Below, piece by piece: positions 56,409 through 64,000 of a DNA stretch of 64,000 nt. Under the pieces are notes generated by a model. The model was not told the DNA's origin. It saw only the letters and a list, made by a program, of their open reading frames with translations, and ran no database searches. The number at the start of each line of letters is the position of its first letter. The first letter of the stretch is position 1. The DNA comes from an uncultured Caldilineales bacterium (GTDB lineage: Bacteria; Chloroflexota; Anaerolineae; J102), in contig CAZHTZ010000001.1 of assembly GCA_964535455.1 (NCBI GenBank), positions 5,015 to 69,014 on the forward strand, in the 5' to 3' direction. Both the position numbers and the translations under genes were made by a program.

Positions 56409-58235
56409 TCAGGCCAGGACCGGCTTCATATCGCCCAAATGGTCGAATTGCTGCTCCATCTCGTGCCGGAACTGGCGCGTGTACAGCCGGTAGTAATGGC
56501 CGCGGCGCCGGATCAGCTCGGCATGGCTGCCCATCTCGGCAATGCGGCCGCCGTCCAACACGATGATGCGGTCGGCGCGGCGGATGGTAGACAGGCGGTG
56601 GGCGATGACAAAGCTGGTGCGGCCGGCCATGAGCTGCTCCATCCCCCGTTGGATCAGGGCCTCGGTCAGCGTATCCACCGAGCTGGTGGCCTCGTCCATG
56701 ATAAAGATGTCGGGCTGGGCCAGGATCGCCCGGGCCAGGCTGACGAGCTGCTTCTGTCCCACCGACAGCAGCACGCCGCCCTCGCCCACCTGCGTCGCAT
56801 AGCCCTTCTCGAGCGTGGCGATGAACTCGTGGGCGCCGGCCAGCTTTGCCGCCTCCTCGACCTCATCATCGCTCGCGTCCAGGCGCCCGTAGCGGATGTT
56901 CTCGGTCACCGTGCCGGAGAACAGATGCGGCGTCTGCAAGACGATGCCCAGGCGCGATTGGATGCCTTGCAGGTTGAGCTCGGTGTAGTCGCGGCCGCCG
57001 ATGCGAATGACCCCGCGGCGCGGCTCGTAGAAGCGGCAGAGCAGGTTGATAACGGTGGATTTGCCGGCGCCGTTGGGGCCGACCAGGGCGATGGTCTCGC
57101 CCTTCCGCACCCTCAGTGAGAAGTTACGCAAGACCGGCTTGTGGGGGTCGTAGTAGAAATCGACGTGGTCAAACTCGATCTCCGCCGCCAGCGTGCCGGG
57201 ATCAAGGGCGTTGGCCTTGTCCTGCACCTCCGGCACGGCGTCGATCAGCGAGTAAACCCGCTCGGCCGAAGCGATGGCCTGCTGCGTCTCTGAATAGACG
57301 CGGGCCAGGTCCTGAATAGGCCACATCATGAAGGTGATATAGGTGACGAACGCCATAATGCCGCCGATGGTCATGGCGCCGTACTCAGCCTGGAAACCGC
57401 CGATGATGACGACGGCGCCGACGGCAAAGGCGCTGATGATCTGCACTGCCGGTAGAAACAGGGCCGACAGCCAGGCCGCGCGATAGCCGGACCGGTAACG
57501 CTGGTCGGACATGGCGGCGAACTCGGTCAGGTTGGCGTCTTCCCGGCCCAACGCCTTGACGACACGCACCCCGGTGATGTTCTCGTTGTAGGCGCCGGTG
57601 ATCTTCGAGTTCATCTTGCGCACCGTGCGGTACTGCGTCAGGATGCGTTTCTTGAACTGCACGGCCACCAGGAACAAGATCGGGATGATGGCGAGGACGA
57701 TGAGCGCCAGCCGCCAGTTGATCAAAGTCATGAAGAAGAGGGCGGTGGCGATGTTCATCACCGCCCACACCACGTCCAGAAGCCCCCAGCTCACCAGCCA
57801 GGAGATACGCTCCGAATCCGAGGTCAGCCGGGCCATCAGCCAGCCCACGGGGGTGCGGTCGTAATAGGAGAAGGACAGGTCTTGCAGGTGGTCGAACATC
57901 TTCTTGCGGATGTCGTACTGCACCCGCTCGCCCAGGACACCGGCCAGGTAGATGAAGGCGAACACCGCTGTCGCCTGCACGGCGATGAGGCCGGCATAGC
58001 GCGTCACCAGCCCGAACAACGTGCTCGTGTCCTTCGGGACGATGGCCGTGTCGATGATCTGCTTGCTCAGGTAGGTGAAGTAGGAATCCAGCGCCGAAAC
58101 CACGGCAATCGCGACCAGAAAGCCCAACGCCATCGGCCGATGCGGCCGCAACTGCGCCAGCGTGCGCATCAGCGTCTTGCCGTTGAAGTCGGTGGTAAAT
58201 TCCTCTTCTTCGAATTCGTAGCTGTCGTCTGACAT
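56409..58235 (-). CDS. ABC exporter, fused permease/ATPase (one half of a heterodimer).
   Basis: 6 TM segments, Walker A GPNGAGKST, signature SVGQKQ, Walker B IFIMDEATS. Confidence 0.9.
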   Translation of the reverse strand: MSDDSYEFEEEEFTTDFNGKTLMRTLAQLRPHRPMALGFLVAIAVVSALDSYFTYLSKQIIDTAIVPKDTSTLFGLVTRYAGLIAVQATAVFAFIYLAGVLGERVQYDIRKKMFDHLQDLSFSYYDRTPVGWLMARLTSDSERISWLVSWGLLDVVWAVMNIATALFFMTLINWRLALIVLAIIPILFLVAVQFKKRILTQYRTVRKMNSKITGAYNENITGVRVVKALGREDANLTEFAAMSDQRYRSGYRAAWLSALFLPAVQIISAFAVGAVVIIGGFQAEYGAMTIGGIMAFVTYITFMMWPIQDLARVYSETQQAIASAERVYSLIDAVPEVQDKANALDPGTLAAEIEFDHVDFYYDPHKPVLRNFSLRVRKGETIALVGPNGAGKSTVINLLCRFYEPRRGVIRIGGRDYTELNLQGIQSRLGIVLQTPHLFSGTVTENIRYGRLDASDDEVEEAAKLAGAHEFIATLEKGYATQVGEGGVLLSVGQKQLVSLARAILAQPDIFIMDEATSSVDTLTEALIQRGMEQLMAGRTSFVIAHRLSTIRRADRIIVLDGGRIAEMGSHAELIRRRGHYYRLYTRQFRHEMEQQFDHLGDMKPVLA

Positions 58236-58238
58236 GGC

Positions 58239-60068
58239 TCAGGCAAACATGGGTTCGGCGGCGGCCAGCTCGTGCTCCAAGGCATCCTCGATGGCAGTCT
58301 GCACCTCGTAGATGCGCCGGTACATGCCCGGCTGGGCGAGCAGCTCGGCGTGAGCGCCGCACTGGACGATCTCGCCCTTGTCCAGCACCAGGATGAGGTC
58401 GGCGCTCATCACTGTCTGGATGCGGTGGGCGATGACAAACGTGGTGCGACCGGTCATCAGGCGCTGGAGCGCCTCACGGATCTCGCCCTCGGTCTCGGTG
58501 TCGACCGAGGAGGTGGCGTCGTCCAGGATGAGGATGGCGGGGTCGCGCAGGACGGCGCGGGCAATGGCCAGGCGCTGTTTCTGCCCGCCCGACAGCGTGA
58601 TGCCCTTTTCCCCCACCAGCGTGTTGTAACCATCGGGGAAACCGGCGATGCTGTCGTGGATGGCGGCGGCGCCGGCGGCGGCGATGACTTCCTCGTCCGT
58701 CACCGGGCGACCCACACCGTAGGCGATGTTCTCGCGAATCGTGCGGGAGAAAAGGAACGGCTCCTGCTCGACGCTGCCGATCTGGCTGCGCAGATAGTCG
58801 CGAGGGAATTCCTTCAGCTCGACGCCGTCCAGGGTGATGCTGCCGCCGCTGTATTCGTAGAAGCGGGGCAGCAGGTTGACCAGGGACGTCTTGCCCGAAC
58901 CGGTCGAGCCCAGCAGGGCCACGGTCTGCCCCGGCGCGCAGCGGAAGCCGATCCTGTGCAACACCTCGGCGTCACTGCCGTGATAGGCGAAGCTGACGTC
59001 CTCGAAGACGATCTCGCCCCGCACCGGGCCGCCGGGATGGTGGTCGCCCTGGTGCAGCGGCTCCTCACGCTCGCGGATGATCTCGGACACACGGTTGAAG
59101 GAGACCAGGCCCGTGGAGGTCTGGACGATCAGGCGGCCCAGGTTGCGCATCGGCCAGATCAGCCACACCAGCATCCCGACATAGGCCAGGTAGGTGCCGG
59201 GCGTGATCACGCCGTTGATGGCCATGAGCGCCGCCACCGTGAACCCGGCAACCATCTGCAAGCCTGCCAGGATGTCGGAAGCGGGCCAGTAGAGCGAGTG
59301 CAAGAGCATCAACTGCTGGCCTTTGCGGTACTTCGTGTAGTTTGCTTCCTCGAACTTGCCGCGCTCGTAGGCCTGGCGGGCAAAGGCTTTCACCACCCGC
59401 ACGCCGGTCAGGTTCTCCTGCAGCACGGTGGTGAGCGTCGCCTCCTGTTCCTGGTAGACCTCGTAGCGCTTCGAAACGCGCTGGAAGAAGAAGTAGGAGA
59501 CGACGATGAGGACCGGAATCACGATGACCGAGATCCAGGCCAGCCGCGCCGACAGATACCAGATAGCGGCGAAGTTGACGGCGAAGAGCAGCACGATGCG
59601 CCCCAGCCCGATGGCCTGCTCGGCGTAGAAACGGCGCACTGCCTCCAGGTCCGACGTGCAGCGCTGGATCAGCTCGCCGGTCTGCATGCGGTCGTGGTAG
59701 GTGAAGCTCAGGCGTTGGATGTGGTCGAAGAGGTAGTCGCGCAGCCGCTGGGCCACGCGCTCAGACGTCTCCGCGGTCCAGCGGCCGCTGACGAAGGTGA
59801 GGGCGCCTTCGACCATGGCCAGGAGCACGAACGAAGCGCCGAAGAGCACCAACACCTGCACGGTGGCGCCTTTTCCCAGGACATCGTCGGCGTAGCGCCG
59901 CAGCAAGAGGTAAGTAACGGTCTTGGAGAGCGCGGCCAGACCCAGCAGCAGCATCGCCGCCACATAGAGACCTTTTTGCCCGGCCATCAACCGCCAAAGC
60001 CCCTGTAAGCGGCTGCCGGTGATGACCTCTTGCAGATCGAAAGCGGAAGGTTGGTTCTTGCCAGCCAT
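58239..60068 (-). CDS. ABC exporter, fused permease/ATPase (the partner half).
   Basis: Start MAGKNQPSAF. Walker A GSTGSGKTS, signature LSGGQKQR, Walker B LILDDATS. The ORF-track N-terminal extension into the repeats was rejected. Confidence 0.9.
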   Translation of the reverse strand: MAGKNQPSAFDLQEVITGSRLQGLWRLMAGQKGLYVAAMLLLGLAALSKTVTYLLLRRYADDVLGKGATVQVLVLFGASFVLLAMVEGALTFVSGRWTAETSERVAQRLRDYLFDHIQRLSFTYHDRMQTGELIQRCTSDLEAVRRFYAEQAIGLGRIVLLFAVNFAAIWYLSARLAWISVIVIPVLIVVSYFFFQRVSKRYEVYQEQEATLTTVLQENLTGVRVVKAFARQAYERGKFEEANYTKYRKGQQLMLLHSLYWPASDILAGLQMVAGFTVAALMAINGVITPGTYLAYVGMLVWLIWPMRNLGRLIVQTSTGLVSFNRVSEIIREREEPLHQGDHHPGGPVRGEIVFEDVSFAYHGSDAEVLHRIGFRCAPGQTVALLGSTGSGKTSLVNLLPRFYEYSGGSITLDGVELKEFPRDYLRSQIGSVEQEPFLFSRTIRENIAYGVGRPVTDEEVIAAAGAAAIHDSIAGFPDGYNTLVGEKGITLSGGQKQRLAIARAVLRDPAILILDDATSSVDTETEGEIREALQRLMTGRTTFVIAHRIQTVMSADLILVLDKGEIVQCGAHAELLAQPGMYRRIYEVQTAIEDALEHELAAAEPMFA

Positions 60069-60258
60069 AACAGGGAAGGGAGGTGGGCCATCCGGACAGC
60101 CCACAGACCCCGGTCGCCGCACCGGCAGGGTGTAGAGCCAGATGTCGCTTGCAGGCCCGAAGCGTGACCCAGTCAACAACAAGCCGCTCGCAATCGCTGC
60201 GAGCAGAGTCCCAAGTATACGACGCACCCCCAACGCAGCCCAAACGCACCGGGTTGCG

Positions 60259-60284
60259 GGTAGGGACGACCCCCTGTGGTCGTC
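60259..60284. repeat. Repeat family B, single hairpin copy.
   Basis: gtagggacgaccccctgtggtcgtcc. Confidence 0.5.
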
Positions 60285-60285
60285 C

Positions 60286-60345
60286 GACCTCTGTCTTCTG
60301 TCTTCTGTTCTCTGTCTTCTGTCTTCTGTTCTCTGTCTTCTGTTC
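60286..60345. repeat. Tandem 7-mer array (tctgtct/tctgttc, about 8 copies).
   Basis: ctctgtcttctgtcttctgttctctgtcttctgtcttctgttctctgtcttctgttc lies directly 3' of the family B hairpin. Confidence 0.6.
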
Positions 60346-60453
60346 AGTGATATGATTGCCATTCGCTTTCTCCCGGCTACGATGAGCAACCGTTTCTCCG
60401 TCGCCGTTCACATCCTGGCCCAACACAATGTTCAAGCTGCACAAGAGGTAATC

Positions 60454-61482
60454 ATGCGATACAAGCTATTTGGCAAGAGCGGCCTGCGCGTCTCCGAGCT
60501 GGCCCTGGGCACCATGACCTTCGGTGAGGGCTGGGGCTGGGGCGCTTCCAAGGAAGAAAGCAGGCTGATGTTCGATGCCTATGCCGAGGCGGGCGGCAAC
60601 TTCATCGACACCGCCAACCGCTACACTGATGGCACCGCCGAAACGTTCGTGGGCGATTTCATCGCCGCCGATCGCGACCACTTCGTCGTCGCCACCAAGT
60701 ACACGCTGTGGGACCGCCGCAATGACCCCAGTTTCAGCGGCAACCATCGTAAGAACATGATGCGCTCGCTGGAAGCCAGCCTGCGCCGTCTGCAGACCGA
60801 CCACGTGGACCTGCTCTGGGTGCACGCCTGGGACTTCACCACGCCGGTGGACGAGGTCATGCGCGGGCTGGACGATCTGGTGGCCGCAGGCAAGGTGCAA
60901 TACGTGGGCGTCTCCGACACGCCCGCCTGGATCGTGGCCCAGGCCAACACCCTGGCCGACCTGCGCGGGTGGTCCCGTTTCGTGGGTCTGCAGATCCGCT
61001 ACAGTCTGGCCGATCGTGGTGCCGAGCGCGACCTGCTGCCCATGGCCCGCGCCTTCGACCTGGCGGTGACGCCCTGGAGCGTTCTGGGCGCGGGCGTCCT
61101 GACCGGGAAGTACGGCAAGGCCGGGGACGGCGACGCCAAGGGCCGCGCCTCCCGCTGGGGGATCGGCGAGCGCGAGCTGGACATCGGCGATGCCGTGGCC
61201 GAGGTGGCGCAGGGGATCGGCTGCTCGCCCTCGCAGGTGGCGATCAACTGGGTGCGGCAGCAGCGGGGCGTGATCATCCCCATCCTTGGCGCCACCAAGG
61301 CCGGCCAGCTCCGGGACAACCTGGCAGCGCTGGACTTCACCCTGGAACCGGAGACCTTGCGCCGGTTGGATGAGGTGAGCGCCATCGACCTCGGTTTCCC
61401 GCACGAATTCCTGTCTTCCGAAGGTGTCCGCGATGTCGTCTCCGGCGGCACCTACGACTTGATCGATAACCACCGCGCCTGA
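60454..61482 (+). CDS. Aldo/keto reductase.
   Basis: MRYKLFGKSGLRVSELALGTMTFG...GGNFIDTANRYTDG is the AKR signature. Confidence 0.85.
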   Translation: MRYKLFGKSGLRVSELALGTMTFGEGWGWGASKEESRLMFDAYAEAGGNFIDTANRYTDGTAETFVGDFIAADRDHFVVATKYTLWDRRNDPSFSGNHRKNMMRSLEASLRRLQTDHVDLLWVHAWDFTTPVDEVMRGLDDLVAAGKVQYVGVSDTPAWIVAQANTLADLRGWSRFVGLQIRYSLADRGAERDLLPMARAFDLAVTPWSVLGAGVLTGKYGKAGDGDAKGRASRWGIGERELDIGDAVAEVAQGIGCSPSQVAINWVRQQRGVIIPILGATKAGQLRDNLAALDFTLEPETLRRLDEVSAIDLGFPHEFLSSEGVRDVVSGGTYDLIDNHRA

Positions 61483-61486
61483 AGCG

Positions 61487-61503
61487 AGCAGACCTCCCGG
61501 AGG
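61487..61503. repeat. Repeat family A palindrome containing the probable SD of the downstream gene.
   Basis: gacctcccggaggtcgac lies 9 nt upstream of the ATG at 61514. Confidence 0.4.
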
Positions 61504-61513
61504 TCGACAAAAA

Positions 61514-62131
61514 ATGAAAGTTGCCATCTTCGGCGCCACGGGCGGCACCGGCCAACAGCTCGTGGCGCAGGCTCTGGACGCAGGCCACAGTGTGCAGGCG
61601 CTCGTCCGCGACCCCGCCCGCCTGACAAACACCAACCCCGACCTTACTCTTATTACCGGTGACGCGCTGGACGCCAACGCCGTCTCCGCCACTATTCAGG
61701 GCGCTGATGCCGTGATCGTCACCCTGGGCAACACGGCCAACAACCCCGACTGGATCGTCTCCGACGGCACGCGCGTCGTCGTCGAGGCCATGAAGCAGCA
61801 GGGAGTGCGCCGCCTTGTGGTGGTCACTTCCCTGGGCGTGGGCGACAGCCGGAGCCAGGCGCCGTTCGCCTTCAGAAGGCTGATGAGCACGGTTCTCAAG
61901 AAGCCTATGGAGGACAAGGAACGCCAGGAGCAGCTTGTGCGCGAAAGCGGGCTGGACTGGATCATCGTCCGCCCCGGCGGCCTGACGGACGGACCCAGAA
62001 CCGGCGTCTACGAAGCAGGCGTAGACGGCAAGATCGGCTTCGGACAGATCTCGCGCGCCGACGTGGCCGACTTCGTGCTCACCCAACTCACCGACGCTAC
62101 CTACCTACACCAGGCGCCAGCGGTATCGTGA
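61514..62131 (+). CDS. NAD(P)H-binding Rossmann protein (SDR-a/BVR-B-like).
   Basis: MKVAIFGATGGTGQQLV. Confidence 0.8.
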   Translation: MKVAIFGATGGTGQQLVAQALDAGHSVQALVRDPARLTNTNPDLTLITGDALDANAVSATIQGADAVIVTLGNTANNPDWIVSDGTRVVVEAMKQQGVRRLVVVTSLGVGDSRSQAPFAFRRLMSTVLKKPMEDKERQEQLVRESGLDWIIVRPGGLTDGPRTGVYEAGVDGKIGFGQISRADVADFVLTQLTDATYLHQAPAVS

Positions 62132-62257
62132 GCAGGCACAGCACAGTCACGATACCTTGCCTGTGAAAAGCAAGGCACAGGTAAACACAGGCTTGCCAGC
62201 ATTGCAGATTGGCCCCATTTCTCCAGCTCGGTGTACACAAAACACCGACCGCCTCCC

Positions 62258-63730
62258 ATGAATCACTCACGTCAAGTTGCCAGTGTGGCGCGCTGGCTGC
62301 CGCTTCTTCTCCTTCTGGCGCTGACCGGATGCCTCGGCGTCGAGCAAACGATGTCGCCGCCGCCGACTGCCGAGCCTACCGTCGTGGTCGCCACGCCCTC
62401 CGGCAGCCGGGGCGAGGAGACCTCGCCCCTACGTACACCGACGGGTACGGGCGTGGTTGCCACGCCTACCTCAGCCCCAACACGTACGGGCGTGGTTGCC
62501 ACGCCCACCCCAACCCCAACGCGTACAGGCGTGGTTGCCACGCCCGCCTCAGCCCCAACACGTACGGGCGTGGTTGCTACGCCCACCTTAACCCCAACAC
62601 GTACGGGCGTGGTTGCCACGCCCACCCCAACCCCAACGCGTGCGGGAGGGGTCGCTACGCCCCCACCTCTCAGCCTGGCCCCCTTCGTGAAGGCTGAGAG
62701 CCCGATCACCTACCTGACCCACGCCGGCGACGGCAGCGGCCGGCTCTTCCTGGTCGAGAAAGCCGGGCGTATCCGCCTCATCCAGGACGGCCAGCTACGG
62801 ACCCAACCCTTCCTCGACATCAGCGACCTGGTGCAGGCCAGCAGTTCCGAACAGGGCCTGTTGAGCGTTGCCTTTGATCCGCAGTTCAGCGAGAACGGCG
62901 AGTTCTACGTCAACTACACGGCCAAAGCCAGCGGCGGCGGCACCGTGGTTGCTCGTTACAAGGTGACGGACGACCCGAATGTTGCTGACCCAGGCTCGGG
63001 TCAGGCCATCCTGGAGATTCCCCAGCCCGCCCCCAACCACAACGGCGGCCAGCTCCAGTTTGGGCCGGATGGGTACCTCTATGTGGGCATGGGTGACGGC
63101 GGCTCCGCAGGCGACCCCTGGGGCAATGCCCAGAACCTGAACGCCCTCCTGGGCAAGCTTTTGCGGCTGGACGTACGTGGCCACGCCGCCTATGCCATCC
63201 CGACCGGCAACCCCTTCGCAAGCAGCAGCGACGCCCGGCCCGAGATCTGGGCTTACGGGCTGCGCAACCCCTGGCGCTTCTCCTTCGACCGGCAGACGGG
63301 TGACCTCTATATCGCCGACGTGGGCCAGAATGCCTGGGAGGAATTGAACTTCCAGCGGGCGGGCAGCGCCGGCGGCCAGAACTACGGCTGGAACACGATG
63401 GAGGCGCTGACCTGTTACCGGGCCAACGCTTGCGACATGGACGGCAAGGTGCTGCCGGTGGCCGAGTACAGCCACGAGCAGGGGTGCTCCGTGACCGGCG
63501 GCTACGTCTATCGCGGCCGGGAAATTCCGGGCCTTCAAGGCATGTATCTCTACGGCGATTATTGCAGCGGCACCGTGTGGGGGCTGCGCCCTGATGGCGA
63601 GGACGGCTGGCAGAGCACCGTGCTGTTGGCCGGCGGCGCCAACATCGCCTCGTTCGGCGAGGACGCACAGGGCGAGCTGTACGTGCTGGACCTGGGCGGA
63701 CAGGTGTATCGCGTGGTGGAGAACCCATGA
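62258..63730 (+). CDS. PQQ-dependent (soluble glucose/sorbosone dehydrogenase-like) sugar dehydrogenase lipoprotein with a repetitive linker.
   Basis: Lipobox LALTGC. A 6x TRTGVVATPT linker. The beta-propeller core has GRLFLVEKAGRI, GGQLQFGPDGYLYVGMGDGG and YGLRNPWRFSFD. Confidence 0.8.
   Translation: MNHSRQVASVARWLPLLLLLALTGCLGVEQTMSPPPTAEPTVVVATPSGSRGEETSPLRTPTGTGVVATPTSAPTRTGVVATPTPTPTRTGVVATPASAPTRTGVVATPTLTPTRTGVVATPTPTPTRAGGVATPPPLSLAPFVKAESPITYLTHAGDGSGRLFLVEKAGRIRLIQDGQLRTQPFLDISDLVQASSSEQGLLSVAFDPQFSENGEFYVNYTAKASGGGTVVARYKVTDDPNVADPGSGQAILEIPQPAPNHNGGQLQFGPDGYLYVGMGDGGSAGDPWGNAQNLNALLGKLLRLDVRGHAAYAIPTGNPFASSSDARPEIWAYGLRNPWRFSFDRQTGDLYIADVGQNAWEELNFQRAGSAGGQNYGWNTMEALTCYRANACDMDGKVLPVAEYSHEQGCSVTGGYVYRGREIPGLQGMYLYGDYCSGTVWGLRPDGEDGWQSTVLLAGGANIASFGEDAQGELYVLDLGGQVYRVVENP
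62440..62650. repeat. In-frame 30-nt tandem repeat (about 6 copies) encoding the lipoprotein linker.
   Basis: ccaacacgtacgggcgtggttgccacgcccac units, with synonymous variation. Confidence 0.6.
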
Positions 63731-63784
63731 ATTCCTTGCCCACCATTGCACCCATCAGTGACATGCGGGTGCGCCAGGCTGAGA

Positions 63785-64000
63785 TCATCGCAGAGGCGCA
63801 CAAGGGACCGGTAGTACTGGTTGAGCGTGGCTCCAAGCCGGCGCTGGTCGTGGGGTAGAGAGGTAGTGGTGCCAGAAGAGCCGGGCGGCGACAGCGCGCC
63901 AGGGTCGCCACGACTCGCTCAGATGGTCAAGCTCGGCGGGCAAGGGCCGCGCAGCCATGCCCTTGACGCGCTGGACGGCAGTGGCCAGGGCCAGGTCGCC
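63785..64000 (-). CDS. C-terminal fragment of an HhH-GPD base-excision glycosylase (AlkA-like). The gene continues beyond the window end.
   Basis: Minus-strand translation ...GDLALATAVQRVKGMAARPLPAELDHLSESWRPWRAVAARLFWHHYL resembles the AlkA/HhH-GPD C-terminus. Stop is at 63785-63787. Confidence 0.45.
   Translation of the reverse strand, partial: GDLALATAVQRVKGMAARPLPAELDHLSESWRPWRAVAARLFWHHYLSTPRPAPAWSHAQPVLPVPCAPLR

Noticed and set aside
1-64000. Scan for tRNA/rRNA/tmRNA genes in the non-coding gaps.
   Set aside because: No T-loop-like GTTCGANNC motif with a flanking acceptor-stem complement was seen in any intergenic gap. The gaps are occupied by the hairpin or tandem repeats, or are shorter than 120 nt.

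Overview
This is a high-GC (roughly 65-68%) bacterial chromosomal segment. Its gene content (HdrABC-MvhADG, F420 cofC/cofD, glgC-glgD, LCP, many GT-C-like membrane proteins) suggests a Chloroflexota-like organism, but that is inference only. There are about 58 protein-coding genes and I found no rRNA, tRNA or CRISPR. From start to end the window contains: (1) a partial bifunctional-nuclease gene, a polytopic membrane protein, and a solitary 1161-aa MmeI-family type IIG restriction-modification enzyme whose target-recognition portion is strikingly low-GC. (2) A 7-gene minus-strand operon hdrC-hdrB-hdrA-mvhD-mvhG-mvhA-maturation protease, the flavin-based electron-bifurcating [NiFe] hydrogenase/heterodisulfide-reductase type. 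(3) sdaAB/sdaAA, a NUDIX hydrolase, psuG, two MFS transporters, a CBS-domain pair, an LCP protein and a 727-aa PP2C-like/TM/beta-propeller protein. (4) A translationally coupled plus-strand operon nurA, a 199-aa HAS-barrel-like ORF, herA and mre11/sbcD-like, with no rad50/sbcC. This is the most system-like unexplained cluster in the window. (5) An S8 protease with duplicated I9 propeptide modules, glgC-glgD, a secreted CBM-like repeat protein and two GT-C-like membrane proteins. (6) A lower-GC islet with AbiEii/AbiEi and PIN/Phd toxin-antitoxin pairs, ThpR and UbiD. (7) IMPase, Trm112, SRAP, a pentapeptide protein, and a nitroreductase-cofD-sulfotransferase-cofC cluster. (8) Three LiaF-like paralogs plus a DUF5668 membrane protein, an MFS transporter, a heterodimeric ABC exporter, an aldo/keto reductase (AKR), an NAD(P)H-binding protein, a PQQ sugar dehydrogenase with a 6x30-nt coding tandem repeat, and a partial AlkA-like gene at the 3' edge. 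Intergenic regions carry three families of hairpin repeats: family A is an SD/anti-SD-like palindrome CCTCCCGGAGGTC; family B is GTAGGGGCGACC-N-GGTCGCCCCTAC; family C is GGCTTCGCCCTGARGGCYTCARCCCGAAGGGT. Several hairpins are juxtaposed with locus-specific 7-mer tandem arrays. All coordinates derive from ORF-track arithmetic and may be off by 1-3 nt at start codons.
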